A DNA stretch of 64,000 bases from Antedon mediterranea (GCF_964355755.1 NC_092674.1:15562001-15626000), one strand, 5' to 3'; shown: positions 13,637 to 26,500, numbered from the stretch's first letter. The notes: generated by a model not told the origin, from the sequence alone. A program made the numbers and translations.

Positions 13637-16600
13637 ATAGTCCAGTCAAAAATCACCCTCACCATGGTATAAGAACGTACCCTAATAAAATTTCATCCGT
13701 AGGTTCTATGTATATAGGTAATAACATTTCTTGATGTTGCGTCTTGCAAAACTTGGGATTTTACGAGAAAATTAGACTTTTATACCCAATTTATAACCGC
13801 CTCATGTCGTATTATTGTGTACAGCGAATTCGACGAAGCGTGACTAAAATTACGAGACGCCGTTAGCGCCCGTTGAAAAACGCATTAACAAAGCTAAAAA
13901 CCTACAAAATTAATAGTTTATACAATAATTTAAATATAGTTTACAATAAATTGTATAATAAAATACATAACATATCAAGAAAACCCAAGTATAATCTCAA
14001 ATATTTACAGATATGTGTTTAAAAATGTACAAATCAAAATGGCCTTCCATAAAATAAAGTGCGCCCTCACTCGTCATACTTTTATCGGACTTGTATGGAT
14101 GGTTATACAAGGCATTAATATGAAACACGATGCGGTTTGTTAGTTATTGCCTCTGCAAGAGGCAGAATATTATATTTTCACAAATATATTTCTAGTTTTT
14201 ATCATGGAAAAAAAGAATTGTATATATTTAAACACATTACAACCTCCAGTATACCATCATGATGGATTAAGTGTATATTTGTATATCTGCTGAAGCGTAA
14301 TGATCTACTAGTTTTGCTGGTTTTATTTTTAGACATTCTTTTTTTTTCACACCATTACTTGCGTGGATATCACAATGCATTGCATATTTTGAACTATCAT
14401 TCGCGATTATGATCTTAATTAGATCAAGAACCAATCATTTAAGGATAATCCATTTCGTGTAGGCCTATACGAAATATGCTAGGCCCTACCTCAAGTAGCC
14501 CTACTTTCACTTTCCAACAATTATTAAGAGCGTATCAAAGGGGCTGGTTGGCATTCGTCTGAATCAACATTTATCATTTTTCCCTTTCACCCGCCCATGC
14601 CCCCACTGCCAATGGGGAGGAGGAGCCGGTTTGATCCTCTCTGAATCCGTCTGGCCTTCACATCGTACCGATGTGTGAAGTTTGAGCCAATAAACGTCAT
14701 TCATGACGATTCTTTAAGTTCGAAGTCGTCTTCCAGAATTCAAAGCATTCTAAATTTAAAGTATTTTCCCGTTTTTCCACCGTTCACATTTCACTAAATA
14801 AAAGAAAGTGAGAATGTTGGAGTGTGATTCGCGAGAAACGACATACTGTATTACCCAATTCTCCCAATTTTTTAAGACGTGACGTATATTAAATACATTC
14901 TAATATAAAGTGTTTTGGTTGAGAGTAGTCCTACAATTATTATTGGACATTTTATACACGTACACAAAAGCTTCTTATAAACGATCGGTTCACCTCCACG
15001 GCCTGAAAGTTCTCACTTGGGACAAAAAAAGTAAAGTCCAGAACAAAAGTTTTATATGCATTTATTTCAAATATTGTTATCCGCATTTTAATGCATTTAA
15101 ATAAAATTTAAAAAGCTTGGGAGAACACAGTAGTTTAATTTGTTGGCTTATTCAAATGCTTATAAATGACGTTTTAAACCTAAAAGATGTAGGCTATTTT
15201 TCCCAAAAGTGAAGATGAACACATTAATTAATTAATTAAATGTAAAAGAATAACACAGTTATCCGTCAGAAGTCTTCGAACAGATAGAATCTTCGGTGGC
15301 AGGATTACATTTTCTAAAACACGAAATTGTCTCACACATCATACGATATGGATGCCAATAAACAATTCAAAGAAAATTAAACAAAACTAACAATCACAAG
15401 GATTCTTTGTTGCGGATAACCAATGAGAAAATATTTCAGAGTACTTTATTAATTTAAATCTTTATTATATCGTATACGCGAAATGGACTGTCATTTAAAA
15501 ATGATTCTTACTCAAATTAATATTGACTATAATCGCGAATAAACAAATGCATTGTGATATCCACGCAAGTAATGCTGTGAAAAAAAGAATGTCCAGAATA
15601 TTATACAGATATTGACTGCTTAGAGGTTAAATATAAGATTTGACATCCCCGAGGGAATGATATTAAGTTCGAGGGAATATATATTTCCCGAAGCGCCAGC
15701 TGAGGGAAATATATATTCCCCGAGAACTTAATATCATTCCCGAGGGGATGTCAAATCTTATATTTAACCGATATAAAAGGCAATATCTGTTATATTATAT
15801 AGCCAAGAACAAGTCTGCTGGGTTGGGTGAAGCTAGGCTAGCTATAGGCCTCCTTATAGTATTTGTATTGTATTTAAAACAAGCCTGCCTAGACACCTTA
15901 CCTTGCGAAGAATAATATACAGATAATTACTAATTAATGATTCCTTGGCAATAAAATATTCACTTAGGCCTAGGTCGTTTAAATTAACAGAAGAATTTCC
16001 ATCAATAAGCCTATTAATAATAATATTATAATCAGGTAGGCCGAATAAACAATTCGTCGTCTTCTCGATCTTCGAGGAGCCGAATCACCGGATGTTCAGC
16101 GCGTACTAGTTACTAGGTTACTACCGTGAGTTTTGACCAATCATAAACGGTGTTTCATCACATTTAGGGTGGACTTATAACAAATGAGGGCGCTATGTAT
16201 GCATAGCTTAAATAGTTTAGAAGATTAATTTCTTCAAGCAAATTCCGTGGCCCAGCGGATGAAACGTCGTCTTGCGATGGAGTGACAATTCCACCCGAGT
16301 TCAAGATCGAGTAGATGACTTTTGTTTATTTATCGGCAAACTCGAGTGTTGCACACGAAAATTACACAGTCAATATCATCGTACTCGAGAATTTATATGA
16401 TTAATGACAGGGGACACGATTATTACGCGAAAATTACACAGTCAATATCATCGTTCTCGAGGATATATACGATTTACGATCCTCGCAGCGGTAGTCATGT
16501 GATGCAGTTTCAACCAATCACGTTCGCGTATTTACATAGGCTATGTAATATAACCAGATAACTAGAAGATCATTACGCTATAGCATATACAATACGGCGC

Positions 16601-17173
16601 TTCACTTAATCCACCATGATGGTAGACTGGAGGTTGTAATGTGTTTAAATATATACAATTCTTTTTTTCCATGATAAAAACTAGAAATATATTTGTGAAA
16701 ATATAATATTCTGCCTCTTGCAGAGGCAATAACTAACAAGTGAGGGCGCACTTTATTTTATGGAAGGCCATTTTGATTTGTAGATTTTTAAACACATATC
16801 TGTAAATATTTGAGATTATACTTGAGTTTTCTTTATATGTTATGTATTTTATTATACAATTTATTGTAAACTATATTTAAATTATTGTATAAACTATTAA
16901 TTTTGTAGGTTTTTAGCTTTGTTAATGCATTTTTCAACGGGCGCAAACGGCGTCTCGTAATTTCAGTCACGCTTCGTCGCATTCGCTGTACACAATAATA
17001 CGACATGAGGTAGTTATAAATTGGGTATAAAAGTCAAATTTTCTCGTAAAATCTCAAGTTTTGCAAGACGCAACATCAAGAAATGTTATTACCTATATAC
17101 ATAGAACCTACGGATGAAATTTTATTAGGGTACGTTCTTATACCATGGTGAGGGTGATTTTTGACTGGACTAT
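13637..17173. mobile_element. Foldback-type non-autonomous DNA element with ~770-bp terminal inverted arms
   Basis: 13637-~14410 is the reverse complement of ~15528-15600 plus 16549-17173 (termini atagtccagtcaaaaatcaccctc / gagggtgatttttgactggactat). The right arm carries a 948-bp insertion and a ~65-bp deletion. No ORF inside. Confidence 0.9.
15601..16548 (+). mobile_element. TA-flanked non-autonomous hairpin element, copy 1
   Basis: Interrupts the foldback arm and is flanked by TA on both sides; ends TTATACAG...TTACATAGGCTATGTAA; ~185-nt hairpin at 15605-15790; second copy at 41128-41962. Confidence 0.85.
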
Positions 17174-18174
17174 CTTTGGGCAAAGAATATATATCACAAG
17201 AATGAGTATTCCGCGATTTTCCCTGTAACAGTAATATTGTCCATGTGGTAGGGCGCCGCCATGAGTGAGGATCTGGGATGTATACAACTTTTTGTGACGG
17301 TTTCACTAATCAAAGGCTGGACCACCGGTAGTATTTTCATGATAAAAAATGTTATCAACTACATGCCAACATCATGTTAAATGCTATTTGGATATTTAAT
17401 TATTCGTTTTATTCAATTTATTTAGTAAAAACTGCCGTATAAACAGTTTTATCAACCGGGCGCTACGATAGCGTGACCGGGCGTGTTGGTGTTTACGCGT
17501 TTTCACGAAGGATAGTTTAATAATATTCCTATATTTAACTTGTTTCTGGTAAAACAAATAAATGTTAATGACATTTAACATTTTGTCCTATTAATAACAT
17601 TTATTTTATACTAATTTATATCATAAAAACAATACTTAATTTACCGGGTGTAGAGTAGTACGCGCCGCAATGGTAAAGAATAGGCCAGTGCTGAGTAACG
17701 ATTTGTTGATGTTGGTGTTGCTGTGTTAGGCCTTTTTTGTGAACTAATTTAGCATGTTAGTAAATAATTGTCTGTAAAAGTGAATGTACACTAGTTTGTT
17801 AATAAATTTGTATTATAAAATAGTTTACAATTGCGAAATATATTATCATAATTCTATTTAATGTGACATGTATAATATCTATTAAATCAAGTCTTATTTA
17901 GTATGTATACATCCGCCCTCATAAGGGCATCACTCTCTGGAGCTCTCTGTTACAAATTTTTCATGCAAAAATCGCGGAATACTCATAAATTATATCAAAG
18001 ATCTTATATACTAAAGATGTGACACTTCCCGCGTTTACGCGTAACACTTTAGAAGCGTCAAATTATAGTGCGCCCCCTCGCTTAAACGAGTAACGAACTT
18101 TTGCGTGACGATCGCAGTATTCTTAAGAAAATGGGATTGAGGAGTCGCGCCAAAGTTTGTATGGTTAAGAAACA

Positions 18175-20458
18175 ATGAATGAAAAGAGAAAAAGTGGAGG
18201 GATATACTGTGCTGCAATTAATTGTAAAAGCAATTCAAAGGCCAACCCAGAACTTAAGTTTTACAATTTTCCCAAAGACAAGAACAGGTAAATTTATGTA
18301 ATTAAATAAGTAGCCTACATCTTAACATAGGCCTATGCTATGTAGGGACTAACCTTACTTTACTGTGTATTCAATTTATACATATATTAATAAACTAGGC
18401 TAGGTAGGCCTATTATTAATAATTATTATTTAAACGTAGGTATGAAATGATTATTATTATCATTATTAGGCTACTACTAGTACATTAATTATATAACAAT
18501 GAACTTACACTAATTTCTTCACTGTTCCCTGGTTATATTACTTTATCCTTTAAAATTTAGTACCTTAAACAACTTTTAAAACTTTCAATTCAAGAAACAT
18601 TTATTGACCAAATATTATATCATTACAATTGTTGGCATATAAGTAAAAATTTGGTCGAAAGACTACAAGAAGCCCAATTGGCATGTCGCTGTAGTCCCTC
18701 TTTTTACATTATACAAATAATAATAAATAATAATAATACTTAATATAAACAAATTGTGATCTTAATTATTTCATGCTTTCCGTCTCATGGTTAATATTTG
18801 CTTTCTGTCTCATGGTTATTTTATTTTGTTTAATTTAACTAGCCGTTACGTACATTACAGTATATTAACGCATGGAATGATTATTATTATCATTATTAGG
18901 CTAGGACATTAGTTATAATAACAGTGAAATTACACTATTTTGATTGTTCCCTGGTTATATTACTTATCCGTTGAGTAGCCCTAACAAACAATTTTTAATT
19001 GAATCTTATACTTAATATTTATGAAATTCAACCGTTAGTTAGTTAGTGGTTTTAGGTTAGGCTTAAGTATTTGACTTTAGGCCCTAACCAATTTGAAAAT
19101 CAATTAGCATGCACGCAGACGTCCTATAATTACGTAAACGTTAATTATAATAAAGCAAAAACTCACCAGACAATTATTAATTTACAGGTGTGCAAAATGG
19201 GCCCAGAACACACGACGCGCGAATTTGAGAAGGAAACCAAGTTCCTATTTACATCGTAATTGCCGCTTGTGCAATATTCATTTCGAAGAATCTCAAATAC
19301 TGATGGTCACAAGAAGACTTGTATGGAATGCAGTCCCTACAATATTTGATGTCCCAAATCCACCACACCAAGTAACAGTGCGGCGTAAATTACCCACAAG
19401 ACACTCGGAGGCAACACCAACTCCAGAAAACAATGTTCGAACGTTACAGACTGTTCACAGTGAAACAAGTAAGTGAATATAGTACTAGTGTACTAATAAA
19501 ATACATTACAATAATTAGATTGTGAAAGTTCTTATTTTCTTCCTGATACAAACATATCGTTCATTAATGTTCTCTTTTTATACTTACCGTATTTGGCCTG
19601 TCAAAAAAAGTTATGTTGGCATTTAATATTTCGTTGTGTGACGTGGTACTTATTCTTAATTGTTGTTTTTGTGTAGGGGCTCCCCGTCATCATTCTGATC
19701 ATAACTATGCTATGACGTCTACCGTGACTCCTTCAACACAAGACAGGACTGAAGATGAGTGCAAAGTTCCAAGTAAGCATTATATACCCTATACACAAAA
19801 TGTTATTTATTAAAGTCTAGATTGACTGATTGGATAACTGACTGACTGATTCCAACTACTACTATTATTAATATTATAATAATAATTATTATTATTATCA
19901 TTCTCAATCACAGATGCATGTGTTCCCTTTTTATTTCCAGATATACCGATACCCTTAAATGAGACGCCGGCTAGACAATCATGTCCGTCAACTTCAAGAC
20001 ATGCCAGTACTTTGAAATATCGAGTGAGGGTATGCCGACTTAAAGCAAAAATGAAGAAGATACAGTCTACCATCATTGAACTAGCAGGTGGTGATCAAAT
20101 CGAAAGTATAATTCAGAAAGCTAAAACCTACATGAGTACTAATGCCTTAGATTTCTTTGCCGGTCAACTACGAATTGGCAAGAAGAAACCAAAGGGCCGT
20201 CGTTATACAGTGAAAGACCGCTTGTTTTCAATGGCGTTACATTTCCAAGGTCCCAGGGCTTACAGGTTTTGTAGAAAGATGTTTGTCCTTCCACACCCAA
20301 GATCACTGAAAAGGTGGCTACAACGGGTCGAAGTGAAACCAGGATTTAATGATGCCACTTTTTCATCATTAAAAATTAGATGTGCAACATTCAACGAACG
20401 TGAACGTGTGGTGGCTGTGTCCCTTGATGAAATGTCCCTGAAACCTGCCATCAAATGA
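18175..20458 (+). CDS. Truncated P-element (THAP9-like) transposase, 335 aa: THAP finger, DHNY motif, coiled coil/HTH region, ending just after the first catalytic Asp
   Basis: Exons 18175-18287, 19188-19468, 19677-19772, 19941-20458 (GT-AG, 1008 nt, open frame). Motifs CAAINC...FPKD...W...CNIHF...AVPTIF, DHNY, GPRAYRFCR...LPHPRSLKRW, SLDEMSLK. Confidence 0.8.
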
Positions 20459-20459
20459 G

Positions 20460-20942
20460 ATGACTCAGCTAAATACTTTAGTATATGTAGCCGGTTACGT
20501 CGTCAAGAAAGTAAGTGTAAAGCACAACTGCGATATCTGTAACAGTGCGATGCGAGAAACCAATCAAAAACTGGAAGACCCAAGGCAGTTCCTAACACAT
20601 TTTAAGTCTTATATGCCCATCAACCAGTACAACGACTTCGGAGGATTAATTATGCCTACTGACAATGTAGTTAATGTCCTATCTATATGTGAAAAGATTT
20701 TTGTTTCTAATTTTAACAAATACTTACATACATCAAACATCATCAGAAAAATAAAGTTAAAAATCGCTACCATGTTACATAGATTTGGTATGAAGTTGAA
20801 TCTTTGTTCACCATCAATTGAAACATTGCTAATTGAAACGTACGTAAACCTACGCATATTCTATGCTGTTAAATTCTTCAACAGAGACATAATCAGTGAT
20901 AAGAAGAAGAGTAAAAAATTAATTAAAGTATCACATTTATGA
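20460..20942 (+). pseudogene. C-terminal domain of the P transposase, out of frame after the internal deletion
   Basis: LVYVAGYVVKK...CDIC...GGLIMP...LRI is the typical C-terminal region of P/THAP9 transposases. Confidence 0.75.
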
Positions 20943-21837
20943 GGTATGGTAAAGTTGTAGGAGGTCTGTACGCGCCCCGGTCTGTGCATTATCGGCTACA
21001 AATGATGATCATTACGACGGTCTGGTATGATGATTGAATAATTGTAAATATGATGATTTTATTTCAATGTTTCTACATTTTTTATATTTCCTCTGGGTGG
21101 CCCGTGCATCATTTTGCAATAGTTATTGAGTTAATTTTAAACTGAGACTATACTATAACATAACTAATTGCTATCTCAGGTTTTAAATAAATTATAATAA
21201 CAAATGAATGTCATGGCGAATGATGGGTACATAATGCAGTAGTCCTAGTATGAATTGTCTCAGAATTGACTATCATAATTTGTTTCATGTCATGACTGTA
21301 GGCTTAAGCCTATGATTGTTTATAAATATATTCCTAAAAATTACTGCAATAAAATAGTCGAAGTAGTGATTTTAAAAAGTGACTTCTTGTTCTTTTTTAA
21401 TTGTTTATAACACACTATTTGACTAATATATTTTCCTAATATGCACTGTTTTGCTGCTGGATGAAAAGTAGTATATAAGATCTTTGGAATAAACCAAAGA
21501 TCATATACTATTATTGTGATGAAAAAAATTGAGTATTCAGTTACAATACAGTAGACATATCTGATCCATAAATCTACTCGTTTGAGCGAGAGGGCGCCCT
21601 ATAAAATGAGCTCCATGTGTGTTACATGAATTGCACGTAAAATTCCGAGAGTGTCCTATCTTTAGTATAAGATCTTTGATATTCTTTGCTTTTGGGGGCA
21701 GCAGATATAAACATGACGTAGAGAGAGAGACTTAGCATGCAGTAGGCAAGAGAAAACAAGGCCTAAACTAAGAAGAGCCTAGGCCTAAACTTACATTACA
21801 ATACAAGTTGACAATAATGGTTATAAGCGCCAAGTAA

Positions 21838-22835
21838 TAGTTTCATTAAAAGTAAGTAGCCTACCTAGGCCTAGCTAGACTGGGGTGCCACTCAGCCCAG
21901 CCCGGAAAGAAAGTGTCTGAATGCCTACTCCAGGACCAGGGCCTACTACTGCATGCATGCTATGATGAATTACTAGTTTCATTAAAAGTAAGTAGCCTGC
22001 CTAGCTAGACTGGGGTGTGTGGAGCCGTGAAATGTGCAAAAAGTCACATTTGTGCAAACAACCACATTTGTGTAAACATTTTACCTTCAAATGTGCAAAC
22101 AACCACATTTGTGCAAACATTTTACCTTCAAATGTGCAAATCTGTTAAAATTCATAACCCGCAAATGTGCAAACATCACGCCGTTAAATGTAAAAACGAT
22201 CAGTTTTGACGTTAAATGTGCAAAAGGTATTCTACAAATGTGCAAAGCATTCTTCAACCAAGCTCCTATTCCATTTTATATTTTTGGTTCGTAGGTCTTT
22301 CAGAGTAGAAATAACAATAGGAAAAAGAGTATAATAAAATGTTCAATATCATAACTAATTATACTGTTGTATTTTATTATAATCAAAGGCTCCAAATCGC
22401 CTCGGCTAAATTCAAGTCGGCCCCAAGTCAACTCGCCCTGAAGTCAACTCGGCCTCAAGTCAACTCGGCCAAAAACTAATCGGTCAACTAACATTCATAT
22501 TCATTCTAATATTCATCCCTATAACATGCGCACTTCGTTTTTATTATTTTTCTTCTGTTCAGTAGACTTATTTTGTCCCATTCATTTGCACTTTTTGCGT
22601 TTCATTTGCAGGTTATACATTTTTACAGATTTGCACATTTGAAGGTAAAATGTTTGCACAAATGTGGTTGTTTGCACATTTGAAGGTAAAATGTTTGCAC
22701 AAATGTGGTTGTTTGCACAAATGTGACTTTTTGCACATTTCACGGCTCCACAGGGTGCCACTCAGCCCAGCCCGGAAAGAAAAGTGTCTGAATGCCTACT
22801 CCAGGTCTACTGCATGCATGCTATGATGACTTACT
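21838..22835 (+). repeat. ~135-bp tandem duplication; the second copy is split by the MITE at 22018-22752
   Basis: tagtttcattaaaagtaagtagcct...ggggtgccactcagcccagcccggaaagaaa...tgcatgcatgctatgatga occurs twice. Confidence 0.85.
22018..22752. mobile_element. MITE with TGT...ACA termini, ~130-150-bp TIRs and 5-bp TSD GGGTG (Ginger-like)
   Basis: tgtggagccgtgaaatgtgcaaaaagtcac / gtgactttttgcacatttcacggctccaca; gggtg on both sides; the empty site survives in the sister duplicate near 21881-21895. Confidence 0.85.
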
Positions 22836-23538
22836 GACCACCTCTACTCTATATAGCTGGCTAGGCCTAATATATTTATATATAATGATATAATTTATTA
22901 AGTTTTAAAAGATTTGTTGAAACTAAACTTTCTAATTCAATCATTAAAGAGAATGTGCTGGCCTGTGGCTGTGCTGCGGTTTACAACTCCCTGATGAATG
23001 CGATTAATTATAATTGATTGGTAGCCAACAAATAGTGCTATTTTTTTTAAAGATTATTAGTTGAACTTTTATGAATTATAATTTTATATATAGGCCTATA
23101 CATATAATCCGACAAAAACCCAAATATTTTTTTCTAGCCTAAAAAATACATTTTCTCATTTTTTACTGAATTTTGCTAAAAACTGAATTTACAAACAAAA
23201 GTAAATTAATTTTTCATTTTTCTAACATAAGGGCAATTTATTTGAATGTTTACAAAAAAAATTATAATTAATATTATAATTTTTCCCTAGAAATTAAAAA
23301 ATGCCGGCTGTGCCAAATTGTAGGTGTGTACATATCCATAACAAAATTACAACAAATCATTTTTTCTTAGTTGCTTCTTCGATATTGTCTATGGAGGCAT
23401 AACCAACTTTGACTTTATTTGAGGGAAAATTTAATATTTTTAATAGTAGAGTGTTTAAACTTCCTATCAATTAATATTTCCTATAAATTTATATTGTATT
23501 TTAGTATCCCAAACAGACCAGTACTTGCCAACTAGACA

Positions 23539-26500
23539 ATGCAAATCAATGTCTTTGATCCGTTAACCAATTCAAGTGTCGATGTTCCTCTACGAAAGAC
23601 GCCTTCTTCAGGCTTTGTAGTGTCTCTGAGAACACTTGGTAAGTATCAAGGGTCACCTTACTTTATTATCATCCTAAATCACCCAATGGGACATTCTGTG
23701 TCACTTTGAGGTCTCCACTCAATATTTCTAATCAAATGTTCAAGTCTTAGCAACATGATTAGTAAAACTTGAATACAACTAAATTCAATTCACATTTATT
23801 CAGCAATATATATATATATATATATATTTTCTTTGTAGTTCACCACCACCTTTTTATTCATTCAATATTTCAGTAAATAATTTCTAAACATTTTCTACCT
23901 TTGTTTGTTTGTTTCCTTTTTTTGCCCAAATTAATATCATAATGTTAACCTTTAGTATCAATCATACTGTACCATTAGTAAAAATGATTTTTGTTAAATC
24001 ACATTCATTTATATTTCATTTAACATTTTTGTTTTCTGTATAATTACTATACATTAATACAAGTATTTATTTGGTTAAATCATCTATTTGCAAAACCAAT
24101 TGTATATTAATCAAAATTACAGTCTTTGTTACTCATTTAACTGTGCTTTTATACTACAGTAACTACATACAGTAGATTAAATGCATTGTATGGTGTGTGC
24201 ACTGATAGTATTAAGTATTAACCTGCACACCTACATACAAACATGTAAACATACACAATCATTACATAAGTTTGCACCTTTAGTATATCATTATTATGAA
24301 TTACCGTAAATATTTAAATACGTTTACTTATTATAAACACTTTAAATATAATGTAATACATAAATACTTATTATAAACACTTTAAATATAATGTAATACA
24401 TAAATACTTATTATAAACACTTTAAATATAATGTAATACATAAATACTTATTATAAACACTTTAAATATAATGTCATTTATTATAAAATATTGCATTCTT
24501 GTCTCCATTTTAGTACATAGAATACAATATTAATTAATAGAGCATTTTTTTTTTATTAAAAAAAATATTTAAGTATTTTTACATGTTTAAACATAAATAT
24601 ATATTTACATTGCTACATACACTTATTGCAGGAATCTTTTAAGACCCTTTGAAAAAAAATAAAAAAATCACAAAGAAAATCATTAAATAAAATTTCATAC
24701 TGTACAAGTTGAGAAACATAAAGAAACATCTTGATGGATTTAAGGCAAAATTCATTACAATTGATGACATGATACAGAATGATAACATTTTGAATTATAA
24801 TATAATAGATGTTTACTACTATTTTATTTGAAAGGCATCTACTTTGATGGTGCAGTAGGACTTAGCTATCGAGTTGGTGGTGATGGAAAGGAGAGAAAAG
24901 TTGTATGCACATCAGAAGATGGTAAACATTTAGTTGAACCAATAAATGGCTGGGCCAACCATTCTTCCTATGAACTTATTAGCAGTGCTCCAGGTAATAT
25001 TCTTTAATTTAATAGATATTCTGCAACAGTAAGAAGCTGATACAGAATGTTGGGAGAGAGAAACGCCACTTGGAGGGTTCCCAATCAACTTTTCAACTCA
25101 TTAATTTGGACGAGTATAATGTATGTGAATATTGTTATGTTAGTTTGGTTTATATTTAAAGGGGGATTCTGGGTTTAAAATTGCTTTTAAATATCGTTTA
25201 TTTATTAAATAAAAAATATTATAACAATATAGACATGTCAGAATGAAAAAGTAATAACGAGAAATAAAAAAAAAATTAAATTTCATATACATTTTAGGGT
25301 AAATTCATAGAAAGTCTGTTTTTCAGCAGCTTAGGGAAGCTCATTAATATTCATGAGATATTTACAAAATCACATCACCAGTGGATTCCAAACTCGCGAC
25401 GTCATGTACGTTGTCTTTGTCAACTAATTTACATCTCTCTCCCCTGTCAAACGACGACCACCCGATCATTGTGAAATACATTTTTTGTAGATTTTCTAAG
25501 CTAGGCCTAAAGTGTAATAATAACAGTAGTAGCATATATTTATTTGACATTTAATGAAATACAAAATTTAGTACAGATTACGGAGTCATAAATTATACTA
25601 TTTTTATACCTCTATAGTACAGATCGTATTATCGGCTTCACGTACAATACTACTCGAGGCCTAGCCTAATGGGCGAGAGCCATTCTGACTAGGGATTCCA
25701 TGCCACGATGGCTACGTTAAAACAGTGGGGCCCATAGCCCTAGCTAGCCTACTACTAGACGATTGGCCCATAAATAACAAAACCCATCCTATCAACCAAA
25801 CTCATAAACAATCTAAACCTAAAACGTTCTACAAAATCGGCTGTAAATATTGAAGCAAAACAAGGTCCGATCGCCGTCCACACGTATGGTTTCCCGATCG
25901 TCTAAAATAAAATAGGCTTAGTTTACTCTCCAAAAAAGCGGATACTCATGCATCAAGCAAGTACAGTACTGTAGACCAGGTAGTAGGAAGGAGACCTAGC
26001 CGATCCGGCCCAGTTAAAAATTGCGCTAGCTAGTGTAGTAGACCCTATGCGAATTGATACTACCAGGCCTTTTACTATAGGCTGCACTACAAAAATATTC
26101 CAACTCTCTCATTCGAGCTATATTATCTATACCATTCCGGTAGGTCGAGTCGACCTTCAATCAAATACTGTATATCGTTCATGTTGTGATTATAGACGGG
26201 GTATACTCGACCCGACCAGTTTGGTATTGTTGTATCTGCTTATCACGTGACGATGCCAGGCATGCCGGGCAGCAGAGAGAGCATGTGTATCGTCGTCTCG
26301 CTCGATCCGATCCTCAGCAGGAATGTACAGTATACGTTACGCTTCATTGATTTTGATTTTTCCCTAAGTCGGTGCGAAAATCGGCAAACGTAAAGTGCAA
26401 ACATATCTAATTTTTCACTATTTTGATGAATTTTCATAAAAAATTTACTTTATAAATGGGAAGACCGACTAAAATTACATCAGATAAGTATAATTTTACA

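Larger units (their letters stand above)
17996..21678 (+). mobile_element. P-superfamily DNA transposon, internally deleted
   Basis: TIRs caaagatcttatatactaaagatgtgacact / agtgtcctatctttagtataagatctttg, subterminal inverted motif gcgccccctcgcttaaacgagta, and a THAP-transposase gene inside. Confidence 0.9.
17181..21688. mobile_element. Outer non-autonomous P-type element (CAAAG termini) whose right TIR is interrupted by the inner P element
   Basis: Left end caaagaatatatat...atgagtattccgcgatttt; right end aaaatcgcggaatactcat...tatat[insert]atattctttg. Flanks ctttggg / cttttggg resemble an 8-bp TSD with one indel. Confidence 0.75.

Noticed and set aside
20440-20480. TGA read-through or selenocysteine joining the two P transposase ORFs
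   Set aside because: The downstream ORF is in a different frame and several hundred codons of the catalytic core are missing; this is a deletion junction.
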